DNA of 31,599 nucleotides from a virus: IMG/VR virus record IMGVR_UViG_3300045988_114300, positions 1 to 31,599 of that record; one strand, 5' to 3'. Shown piece by piece: positions 16,854 to 24,976 of this stretch (position 1 is its first letter; each line of letters starts with the position of its first letter). The notes under the pieces were generated by a model. It saw only the letters and a program-made list of their open reading frames with translations, ran no database searches and was not told where the DNA came from. The position numbers and the translations under genes were made by a program.

Positions 16854-17444
16854 TTAGAAGTTACGGAGTGCCATCTCCCGTAATTCATCTTCTGTTGGAG
16901 GTAACGCCCAAGCCTGCGCACGCCTAGCATGAGCACGCTCTTCTTCCTTTGTAGTGTCTCCTTCAAGTGGGCTTCTTGCAGCCACAGCTTGCCCCGTGAG
17001 CGTGTCTGGCGTGGCAAGTAGTGCCAGATATAAGTTGATGAAGGTATACCAGTGAAGTTGCGTGGCTTTGCTGGTGAGGTCTATTGAGTAGATGCGCATG
17101 AAGTCGGCAGTCACAATGCCAGCGTCATAGTGCCAGTCAAAGTTCTTCTTTCTGTAGTACTGAATGCGCTTGTATTGTTCGCCGTATGAGATAGTGTCAA
17201 ATGCCCCTGAAACCCACTCAGACGCTGCCTGAAGAGCTTCTACTGGGTACTTCGACACTTGGTCTGGGAGTGTGCCATTTTGAGCATAGAAAAGGTTTAG
17301 TGTTCGCGCATTAGCAACAGCACTATTCTCTGTATCCATTGTCATGTAGATGAGCGAGGTTCTGAATCCACTCTTAATGGGTACAGATACTCCCGCCACA
17401 TCAACTGTGACGGGAGCACCCTTGATAACCGAGTCTAAAAACAT
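16854..17444 (-). CDS. tail assembly chaperone, gpT-like segment
   Basis: 196 aa. It is in the same reading frame as the upstream gpG-like ORF, separated only by TAG plus one codon (E*FM). Confidence 0.55.
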   Translation of the reverse strand: MFLDSVIKGAPVTVDVAGVSVPIKSGFRTSLIYMTMDTENSAVANARTLNLFYAQNGTLPDQVSKYPVEALQAASEWVSGAFDTISYGEQYKRIQYYRKKNFDWHYDAGIVTADFMRIYSIDLTSKATQLHWYTFINLYLALLATPDTLTGQAVAARSPLEGDTTKEEERAHARRAQAWALPPTEDELREMALRNF

Positions 17445-17447
17445 GAA

Positions 17448-17828
17448 CTACTCATCCATGCTGGAGTTCTCTTGCGTGATAAGCTCAGAGACCTTGGACA
17501 CAGCGTCACTTGCTGAATAGACCTCTGTCAGAATCGAGATAATCTTCATCAAGCGGTAGATGTTGAGTCGGTTTGCCTTACCAATAAGCTCCTCTGCAGC
17601 TTCCTCACCAAGGGCAAAAGCAACAATATTGTGTGCTTCATCTGCAAGGGTTGCGAGATTGCTCATTACCTCATCATTGCTAAGCCCTGTAAAGGATGAC
17701 AGACGTTTTGCCCATGAGTTAGCTTCCACAACGAAGGTAATATTGCCTAGATCTACATCATAGGTCTTGCCCTCAATCTTCACCTTTGCTGTTGGTGCGC
17801 CGTCAAGCTTGTAGTTCTTTAGTGCCAT
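17448..17828 (-). CDS. tail assembly chaperone, gpG-like
   Basis: 126 aa, acidic C-terminus, between the major tail protein and TMP. Confidence 0.6.
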   Translation of the reverse strand: MALKNYKLDGAPTAKVKIEGKTYDVDLGNITFVVEANSWAKRLSSFTGLSNDEVMSNLATLADEAHNIVAFALGEEAAEELIGKANRLNIYRLMKIISILTEVYSASDAVSKVSELITQENSSMDE

Positions 17829-17885
17829 AAGTGTTCCTCTCTATGGGTTTACCTTGCAGATATCTTGTGCCACGGGTAACGCCAA

Positions 17886-17916
17886 TAAAAAAAGCACCCA
17901 GCATATGCCAGGTGCT
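17886..17916 (-). terminator. rho-independent terminator after the major tail protein gene
   Basis: The minus-strand transcript reads gcacctggcatatgctgggtgcTTTTTTT. Confidence 0.7.
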
Positions 17917-17947
17917 TCCCCAGAGAGGAGAGGAATGGGGACTATGT

Positions 17948-18466
17948 CTATGCAGCCTTAGTAAAAGCTGCAGTGTCATAGTTGAAGGTGCCATACTCGT
18001 ACTCGTCGGTGATTGCAACCTTAAAGGCAATCTTGATTGGTGCAATGTCAGAGCCAGAGAATGGCGAGACATTCAGCGTTGCCTTTGCGTGCTTAGCAAC
18101 GAGTGCGGTCTTCTCGCAAGCCTTACCTGCCTTGAAGTCATAACCGCAAGTGCGGACATACTCAACAGGTACGTCCAGAACATCCTCATAGCTTGCAAGA
18201 ATCTTCTGGATGCCACCAGGACCCATTGCGTCAACCTCAAAACTGAAGGTATCAGTCTTGCCCAGGTTGTACTTAGGCTGGGTCTTACGGTCAATATAGG
18301 TTGGCTCGTAGGACTTAGCCTCACGTTCTGGGTCTGCCTTGGTGGTCTCGGTTACACGGATGAAGTTCGTCTGTCCTGGGAACTTAATCCAATGCTGAAT
18401 CTCATAGATAGAAACAGGTGTGCGCTGTGTCTCTGTTGGCTGTACGACAGCTGGTGATTCTGGCAT
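17948..18466 (-). CDS. major tail protein
   Basis: 172 aa. Position upstream of the chaperones/TMP, followed by a terminator. TAG stop. Confidence 0.7.
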   Translation of the reverse strand: MPESPAVVQPTETQRTPVSIYEIQHWIKFPGQTNFIRVTETTKADPEREAKSYEPTYIDRKTQPKYNLGKTDTFSFEVDAMGPGGIQKILASYEDVLDVPVEYVRTCGYDFKAGKACEKTALVAKHAKATLNVSPFSGSDIAPIKIAFKVAITDEYEYGTFNYDTAAFTKAA

Positions 18467-18488
18467 AATGCCTTCCTTTCTTTAAGGG

Positions 18489-18932
18489 TTAAACCCTGTA
18501 CTTGATTTGGGCGATAAGCTGGTAAGTTGCGACTCCATCCTCGCCAACACTGAAGGGAGATGGCAGTGTGGTGACATCATGGGCATACACAACAACGCCC
18601 GCCGGTGCACCACCGTCTTCAATGGCAGCTTGGACTTTACGCAGCATAGCAAGACCGTCAATGCGCTCCTGCTCGTCTAGCGGGCGTGTCTGCAGATATA
18701 CCTCATAAGGGAACTGCTTAATACCGCCACCAGAGCAATAATGAAGCACCCATGGCTCACCTGGTGCAGCCTTAAGCATTGCTTGTGCAGCTCCAGTACC
18801 ATTAGGGAACTGACCATATTCAACAGGAATACCTGTGAGAATATCTTTTAGCCAGTCAGTAACGCTTTGAGCGATGTCTACCATGCCCCTCCAACTTTCT
18901 CTCCAAGAACTTTTGCGAACATTTGCTGCCAT
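18489..18932 (-). CDS. tail terminator / tail completion protein (likely start MVDIAQ at 18884)
   Basis: Position between the gp10-like protein and MTP. 147-aa ORF. Confidence 0.4.
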   Translation of the reverse strand: MAANVRKSSWRESWRGMVDIAQSVTDWLKDILTGIPVEYGQFPNGTGAAQAMLKAAPGEPWVLHYCSGGGIKQFPYEVYLQTRPLDEQERIDGLAMLRKVQAAIEDGGAPAGVVVYAHDVTTLPSPFSVGEDGVATYQLIAQIKYRV

Positions 18933-19261
18933 GCATTTCCTCTAACACCTGCGCAACGGTCATACCAATGATCGCAAGCATTAGGAGCGTGCAAGGCATT
19001 CTTAAGCGTATTGTGGTTGTGTGTTGAGTAGTACTGAATACGTGCATAAGCTGCTGCGTCTCCTGCGCCCCACTCAACGTAGGCAGCATTGCCGGATTGA
19101 CGGGTAGTGCCAGAGCCTTGGAGGTGTCCTAAGTCGTAAGGGACGTAGTCCTCACAGTCAGCTAGTACGTTTTCAGCAACGATGCCAAGGGCAGCTTCTA
19201 CAGCGTTTGACACCTTGTCTTTGCAACGCTCAACATCAACGTCAACCACACGCATTTTCAT
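18878..19261 (-). CDS. HK97 gp10-family head-tail joining protein
   Basis: MKMRVVDVDVERCKDKVSNAVEAALGIVAENVLADCEDYVPYDLGHLQGSG matches the gp10-family N-terminal pattern. Confidence 0.55.
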   Translation of the reverse strand: MKMRVVDVDVERCKDKVSNAVEAALGIVAENVLADCEDYVPYDLGHLQGSGTTRQSGNAAYVEWGAGDAAAYARIQYYSTHNHNTLKNALHAPNACDHWYDRCAGVRGNAWQQMFAKVLGEKVGGAW

Positions 19262-19572
19262 CTGGCTTCTACCTCCACATGATGTGTCTCGTGGTGAGTG
19301 GAATAAGGGTTTACAGAGCGCACCATACGTGCTTCTGATACTGGCTTCTCCTCTGCGCTGATGCCACGAATAACAAAGTCACCAGCCTTGAGACCTGGGT
19401 CTCTGAAGAACCATACTTTAAGCACGTTGGCATTCTGCGGTCCTACGGTTGAAGCAGTATTAGCGAGCTTCTCTTCAACGTGTACGCCTTGGTAAATAGA
19501 TCGCGTGAACCCCTTATCCTGCTTGTGCCAGACGGTAACAGTATCCCAGGCAATCATCGAATACCCCTCCAA
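19258..19572 (-). CDS. head closure / head-tail adaptor protein (Phage_H_T_join-like)
   Basis: 104 aa. Position and pattern (...VWFFRDPGLKAGDFVIRG...). Confidence 0.55.
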   Translation of the reverse strand: MEGYSMIAWDTVTVWHKQDKGFTRSIYQGVHVEEKLANTASTVGPQNANVLKVWFFRDPGLKAGDFVIRGISAEEKPVSEARMVRSVNPYSTHHETHHVEVEAR

Positions 19573-19889
19573 AGAAGACCCGTGCCTACTAAGAAAGGAT
19601 ACACGCAGGAGAGGTCAGAGACGCTTGCTTGAGCGTCTGTGTAGGTGTAGGACACACTACCGACGCTCTCACTCTTAACCATTCCACGTGTGTCTTTGCC
19701 AGCTACTCTGTCACATAGTGCACAGAGGGCAAGAAGCCACTTCTCGTTGTACTTCTCAGGAATCTCTTCACCAGTCATCGAGACAAGCAGTGCTTGAGCC
19801 TTGACGAGGGGAGCATCTAGCTCACCCTCGCCAAGAGAGCCTTTATACGTGTTGCGGTAGAAGTCGTATGTAAGGCTTGGGGTTGCCAT
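19554..19889 (-). CDS. gp6-like head-tail connector protein
   Basis: 111 aa, immediately downstream of the MCP. Confidence 0.55.
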   Translation of the reverse strand: MATPSLTYDFYRNTYKGSLGEGELDAPLVKAQALLVSMTGEEIPEKYNEKWLLALCALCDRVAGKDTRGMVKSESVGSVSYTYTDAQASVSDLSCVYPFLVGTGLLWRGIR

Positions 19890-20776
19890 TAAGCAGCCTT
19901 AGGCTTCAAGACACCAGCTGCCTTAGTTGCCTTCAGAGCAACGCCACAGACGAACTCAACATCAACGTTCTTGACAGCACCAGGGGTAGTCCAGTCAGGA
20001 AGCGCAACGGTGAATGCGTTGTCACCCTTGAGAGTGATACCGTGGAAGCCGTCCATGCCAAGGCAAGCAGCATAGATAGAGCCGTCAGTAATAGAGCCGT
20101 CACGGACCTCATGGATTGCAATGCCGTTGTAAGCCTTAACAATGTTGCCAGCGGTCTCCTTGGACTCAGTGCCAAGACCAACAACACGAAGCAGTGCGTT
20201 CAGCTTGGTGTACTGAGCTGAGCTCATCATGAGTACGTCAGGAGTACGCATGAGGTTGGAGAGCATGGTATCAAGCTCCTCAAGGTAAGCAAGGGCTGCT
20301 TCCTTGGTTGTGACCTTGACATCGGTCTTAGAGGTCATCTCAGTAGAGGTAGTCTTCAGAGCAGCTGCAAGACCGTCAAAGCCGTTTGCGTCCTTGGTAG
20401 GAGCAAAGATACTAGCGTTGAACTTGCGAGAGACTGCGTCCTTAGCCTGCTCCAGATACATCTCGTAGAGGTCATCTGCAGCAGCCTTGGCAACACGATC
20501 CATCTGGAATGTAGAGCCAAGAATACCAAGGGTGGTAGTCTTCTTCTCAACAGTTGGCTCAGATGCGACTGGCTCAGCACCAAGTGCACGGAATGCAGCG
20601 GAAGATGGGGTCTTTACGCGCTTATAGCCGTAGACAAGGTCAGAAGTGCCAGAAGCGTTCATGCAGTCATCAAAGGTGAGTGCACCGAGCAGATAGTTGT
20701 CAGTGACAAGCTCATTGATGAAGCCCTGTGTGAGCTTATCGCCAGAGTTGGTTGCAAGGGTAGCGAGGTTAATCAT
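19889..20776 (-). CDS. major capsid protein
   Basis: 295 aa, between scaffold and connector. TAATG coupling with the scaffold gene. Confidence 0.7.
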   Translation of the reverse strand: MINLATLATNSGDKLTQGFINELVTDNYLLGALTFDDCMNASGTSDLVYGYKRVKTPSSAAFRALGAEPVASEPTVEKKTTTLGILGSTFQMDRVAKAAADDLYEMYLEQAKDAVSRKFNASIFAPTKDANGFDGLAAALKTTSTEMTSKTDVKVTTKEAALAYLEELDTMLSNLMRTPDVLMMSSAQYTKLNALLRVVGLGTESKETAGNIVKAYNGIAIHEVRDGSITDGSIYAACLGMDGFHGITLKGDNAFTVALPDWTTPGAVKNVDVEFVCGVALKATKAAGVLKPKAA

Positions 20777-21330
20777 TAGTGTCCAAGTCCTTCCTTAATG
20801 TTGCGAGCAATGCCAGAAGAGCTTCCGGCGGGCTTGCCGGTAGTGTTTACGCTCTTTGGCTCAGACTGGAAGAGGTAAGGCTTAGCTTCTTTCAGCTTAG
20901 CAACGTCACCCTCTAGAGCAGCCAGAGCAGCTCTACCAAGCTCCAAGTCAATGCAGCCAGCAGAAGTAAGCTGTGCTTCAACTTCTGCCTTCTCCTTAGC
21001 TTCCTGTGAGTCTTTGAGCTGCTTCTCAATAGCAGAGATACGCTCATCAGAAGAAGCCATAGACTTCTTCGACTCTGCGAGCTCTGCTTCCAGCTCTTTA
21101 ATGCGCTTCTCACGATTAGCCAAGTCACGCTCTAGCTTGTGGGTGTTGACGTTTGCGCTTGTGTCCTCGCTTGTAGCAGAGTCATGGGAAGATGCTTCCT
21201 CTTCTGCTACTTGGTCCTGGGACTGGTTTTCCTGCGTAGAGTCCTGGGTGTCAGAGTCTTTCTTTTCCTCTGTGACCTCGTCTGGTGCAGGAGATCCATT
21301 ACGATGCATAGACCAAATCCTTTCAGTCAA
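20776..21330 (-). CDS. scaffolding protein (acidic, coiled coil); probable true start MHRNGSP at 21309 with RBS AAAGGA
   Basis: Asp/Glu/Ser-rich N-terminus and a long coiled coil (REKRIKELEAELAESKK...). Position upstream of the MCP. Confidence 0.65.
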   Translation of the reverse strand: MTERIWSMHRNGSPAPDEVTEEKKDSDTQDSTQENQSQDQVAEEEASSHDSATSEDTSANVNTHKLERDLANREKRIKELEAELAESKKSMASSDERISAIEKQLKDSQEAKEKAEVEAQLTSAGCIDLELGRAALAALEGDVAKLKEAKPYLFQSEPKSVNTTGKPAGSSSGIARNIKEGLGH

Positions 21331-21384
21331 TCGCAGGTCCTTTTCCTGCGCTGAAAGAATTGTCTGTGAGTGTTAACAGCTAAA

Positions 21385-21412
21385 AGAAAACCCCGCTTAT
21401 GGCGGGGTTAGG
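21385..21412 (-). terminator. rho-independent terminator inside the late operon (stem aaccccgc/gcggggtt, loop ttatg, U-run)
   Basis: The minus-strand transcript reads aaccccgccataagcggggttTTCTTTT directly after the immunity-like gene. Confidence 0.7.
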
Positions 21413-21422
21413 AGTTAAGCTT

Positions 21423-21707
21423 TTATTTTTCTAGCAATGGAGTAAGTTCTTGTTCAGCCTTTTTAGTAGGACCATCCCAAGTGAAATACTCAGGATATCT
21501 TTTAAAATATTTCCTCTTGCGTATAAGAGCAATTTGCTCATCATTTGGAAGTCCCATTAGAATTGCTAAATCTTTTAATCTTGTGAGCTTATCCCCATAC
21601 TTTTTTAACAACCTAACATGTTCACGAGCATAAGAGTTGCTACCCCTCATTAAAGAATCAAAAGAGATATCAAGTGAGTCACAAAGCATATCGAAGTCAA
21701 TTACCAT
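21423..21707 (-). CDS. small protein immediately downstream of the MuF C-terminal HExxH domain; candidate immunity protein
   Basis: 94 aa. 7-bp overlap with the MuF gene stop. Lies in the same low-GC block as the MuF C-terminal domain. Confidence 0.45.
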   Translation of the reverse strand: MVIDFDMLCDSLDISFDSLMRGSNSYAREHVRLLKKYGDKLTRLKDLAILMGLPNDEQIALIRKRKYFKRYPEYFTWDGPTKKAEQELTPLLEK

Positions 21708-23572
21708 GAGAGAGCCTCCCTTACAACAATATCAGCGATTTTGTTCTTACCAAATCCATTAACTGCAACAAATCTTAGTGACTCAGCGAGGAGCTCTGAC
21801 CCCGCGTCATCTTCTAATTCATTATAACTCTTCATGTATGGTGACATGCTCATTAAGTGCTTTAAATCACTATTTTTACTAAATTGGATTCTACCCAACA
21901 AGTCATCGTAGAGGACAGGAACTTTAGAATTTATAAAAGCTTGTTTAAGTTTTTGATTCAATTTTGATTTTTGAAGATGATCCGTTTCTCCACTTCTAAA
22001 ATCAAGTATTGCATCTATCTCTTTATCCCATTCTTCCATTGTAGATAGATTCCACTCTTTTGTGTGAGCTATCTCATGAAAAATAACTTGAATGCATTCA
22101 TCTACTTTCTTCTTAAATAAAGAATCAGATACTTCAATAACAGCTGCGCCATCTCTACGAGATGCCTGGGCGAGTACGCCATACTCAAGATTGTTGTTTA
22201 ACTTGAAGGTCAGGGGCTGTTTAATGCTATCGCCCATAAAGTTAAAAGCTTGCTCAGACGCAACAGCAATTTGCTTTTGTATGTTTAGCGGGAAATCGTT
22301 CCGAGAAAAGTCAATGTTTACCTGTGTTCTCTCTTTGAATATGCCAGGAACATTTACGTCTTTGCCAGAATAAGCTTCCATAAGCTCTTTTGTATCCTCA
22401 AAAGAGCCTTTAAAACTTATATTTTTAGATTGTCTAGCAAGAATCGGACGAGTCTTCAATGCTCTAGGCTGCTTGCTAACTGCCCAGGCACGCTCACGCT
22501 CATAGTCACGGCGCAAGTGATTGTCATGCGTGAACTGATGCAGCTTGTCTTGCAGCTCACCAAGTCTAATGCGCTGCTTTACTGCGTCTGCTCTCACCTC
22601 TTGAAGGTAAGAGATCTCTCTTTTCTGGCTTCTAATGAGACGCTCATATCTACGTTGCTTCTGCGTAGCTGCGTAGTACTCATCACTGGTCATGCCTGTG
22701 ATGCGCTCTTGCTCTGAGTAGTCCATATCTGGAAGCTGTGAGTATCCAGGAACATAAGGGGTCATGTAGTGGTAGCAGTTTGCGCCACATAGCCCTGTCA
22801 CGGTGCCGTATCCGGTTGACTCAACGAGCGGTGGATACTCAGTACTTCTGCCACTTCTTGAGTACACTTTACCTTGCCATTCTGCATGGCTTGGACGCGC
22901 TCCAAAGTGAGCATCAACAAAGACCAAGTCCCATTCCCACTCATCCATACGTTGCATAAGAAGGCGGTTTCTCGCTTGGTTAGCCTGGGAAACAATATGG
23001 CGTCTTAGAGCTGCGTCAATGGTTGTCTTAGTGCCACTGATGTAGTCAATCGTCTCTAGTCCTGAGTTAGCAAGTCGTGTAACGCCACGCTCCATAACCG
23101 CTCGTGTTGGCTCTCCAGCTTGATGGCGGGCGATTGCTTCAGCGGTTACGTCATACCAGAGTGCTGCTTGGTCTTTGGCAAGAGCAATGTTTTGACGCTC
23201 AAGGACCTCATTCATACCCTGCGCCGTCTGAGCAGCGATGATAGTTGCAAGGTTAGTCATATGACGGCGTGAGCCCATCGCTCGCACAAACTGTCCTACA
23301 AGAGCATCATCAGTCTTTTTAAGCGCAGTCTTTAGGACTTCACGTGTTTGCTTGTCGATGGCTGGGCGGTACTTGTAGTAGATCGCGAGAGCTTCTTCAC
23401 GAGAGAGCCTAGAGAGACGCTCAAAGTCTGCAATCTCTCGACCTCTGATAACTGCGCCGTTGGTACGTACTACCTCATCAAGCAGGTTCAGAAAGAAGTA
23501 TGAAAGTTCCTGTACATAAGCAGACTGTGCGCCCCCTACGAGACGCACAGCAATTTCTTCAGTCGGCTTCAC
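21701..23572 (-). CDS. MuF-like head morphogenesis protein (SPP1 gp7-like) with a C-terminal HExxH metallopeptidase-like extension (polymorphic-toxin-type architecture)
   Basis: MuF core DLVFVDAHFGARPSHAEWQGKVYSRSG. The C-terminal ~170 aa (VDECIQVIFHEIAHTKEW) is encoded by AT-rich DNA at 21701 to about 22150. Confidence 0.75.
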   Translation of the reverse strand: MKPTEEIAVRLVGGAQSAYVQELSYFFLNLLDEVVRTNGAVIRGREIADFERLSRLSREEALAIYYKYRPAIDKQTREVLKTALKKTDDALVGQFVRAMGSRRHMTNLATIIAAQTAQGMNEVLERQNIALAKDQAALWYDVTAEAIARHQAGEPTRAVMERGVTRLANSGLETIDYISGTKTTIDAALRRHIVSQANQARNRLLMQRMDEWEWDLVFVDAHFGARPSHAEWQGKVYSRSGRSTEYPPLVESTGYGTVTGLCGANCYHYMTPYVPGYSQLPDMDYSEQERITGMTSDEYYAATQKQRRYERLIRSQKREISYLQEVRADAVKQRIRLGELQDKLHQFTHDNHLRRDYERERAWAVSKQPRALKTRPILARQSKNISFKGSFEDTKELMEAYSGKDVNVPGIFKERTQVNIDFSRNDFPLNIQKQIAVASEQAFNFMGDSIKQPLTFKLNNNLEYGVLAQASRRDGAAVIEVSDSLFKKKVDECIQVIFHEIAHTKEWNLSTMEEWDKEIDAILDFRSGETDHLQKSKLNQKLKQAFINSKVPVLYDDLLGRIQFSKNSDLKHLMSMSPYMKSYNELEDDAGSELLAESLRFVAVNGFGKNKIADIVVREALSW

Positions 23573-23574
23573 GA

Positions 23575-24960
23575 TTACTCACCAAGGTCTGCGTCAAGTG
23601 CGACACCGCCAGTCTCGCTGGTAAATGCCTTTGCGTCTTCCTCACTCATGCCTTGGTACTTAACGAGGTACTTCCACTTAGGGCAAAGACCACGTGCAAT
23701 GTCATCCTTCATCATGTCACGGTCTGCCTTATCGTCTGAGATAACCGAGTCATCCCACAAGATGTCAACGGGCACAGGCTCATCTACTCTGTAGCCATTC
23801 ATGGCGCACTCTGCAGCAAACGCACCCTGGACAAGGTCTCTTACCGAGTTCTCAATGGAGTGCTCATGCTTTCTAATGGTTCTAATGAGCGTTGCATTAG
23901 TGCTTACAACTTCTGTCGCCGTCTTGAGTCCTTGTCCCAGCGTGAATGACCAGTACCCTGCGCCAAAGCCAGTTCTAAAGCCCAGAACAGCAAGAGCATT
24001 GTTGAATGCGGTAACCATGTCATCAATGTGTGTGTCAGGGTTATAGACTGTCATAGGCGACTCTGCGCTAATGCCAGCAGAAATTGGTGCAAACATAATC
24101 TGGTCCATGGTGTTGACAAACTTTGCATTACCTTTGCTATCACGCACAATGGCTTGCTCGTCTACAACCATCTTTGGCAGTGAGACTCTTACTTGCCAAT
24201 ACATCTGATTGAACGCTTCATCTACCAGTCTGCAAGAGTCGCAAATGTCCTCGATGACAGATGCGCCAAGCGGTGTGAGCTCGTCATGAGCGTTGTACTT
24301 AGCTGGCTTAACAAGTGCATAGGTTGGCAGTGGTTGCTTGGTATCGACAAAGCCAGTAATGCCTTCAACCTCAACAGGGTTAATGCGATTCTGTGAGTTA
24401 AAGAGAAGTGTCTCCACCACGTGAGACTGTGTCTCTTGATTGAAGTATCTAAGCTGCAGCTGGTCATACATCTTGGAGTTAACGGTTACCTTGGAGATGA
24501 ATGCGCAGCCATCACCTAAAAGCGGGATAATCTGCCATGCCTTCATGGAGTCAATGCTGGTTGAGACGTTGCCTTCATAACCGTGGAAGTTAGCTACCCA
24601 TGCGCCAACACCAAGCGCAAACACAGTACTGATGAACTCTGCTTGCTCATCTACAAAGTTAGGAATAGTGCGCTCTAGCCAATCATTCACTGCGTCTTCA
24701 GAGCTTGAAAGTATTGTGCCTTCGTTCATGACCAGACTTGGAATCTCACTTGCAACCATAGAAGCTGGACTAATGGAGAGCCTGTCATATGAGTCAGCAC
24801 CGTTGTTGATGATGTAAGGCTGCTTGTAGTACTCATTATCATGGGTGAACCAGCCCCACCAGAGCTGCTGGAACTTATCCATAGATGTGTCAGGCGTAAA
24901 CTTACGCTTCTTTAGGTATCTGAGTGCCCATTCTGGCTTTTGGATAGTAATTTTTGACAA
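23575..24960 (-). CDS. portal protein (SPP1 gp6-like)
   Basis: 461 aa, between TerL and MuF. Confidence 0.8.
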   Translation of the reverse strand: MSKITIQKPEWALRYLKKRKFTPDTSMDKFQQLWWGWFTHDNEYYKQPYIINNGADSYDRLSISPASMVASEIPSLVMNEGTILSSSEDAVNDWLERTIPNFVDEQAEFISTVFALGVGAWVANFHGYEGNVSTSIDSMKAWQIIPLLGDGCAFISKVTVNSKMYDQLQLRYFNQETQSHVVETLLFNSQNRINPVEVEGITGFVDTKQPLPTYALVKPAKYNAHDELTPLGASVIEDICDSCRLVDEAFNQMYWQVRVSLPKMVVDEQAIVRDSKGNAKFVNTMDQIMFAPISAGISAESPMTVYNPDTHIDDMVTAFNNALAVLGFRTGFGAGYWSFTLGQGLKTATEVVSTNATLIRTIRKHEHSIENSVRDLVQGAFAAECAMNGYRVDEPVPVDILWDDSVISDDKADRDMMKDDIARGLCPKWKYLVKYQGMSEEDAKAFTSETGGVALDADLGE

Positions 24961-24976
24961 GGTGAGACCCCTTCTC

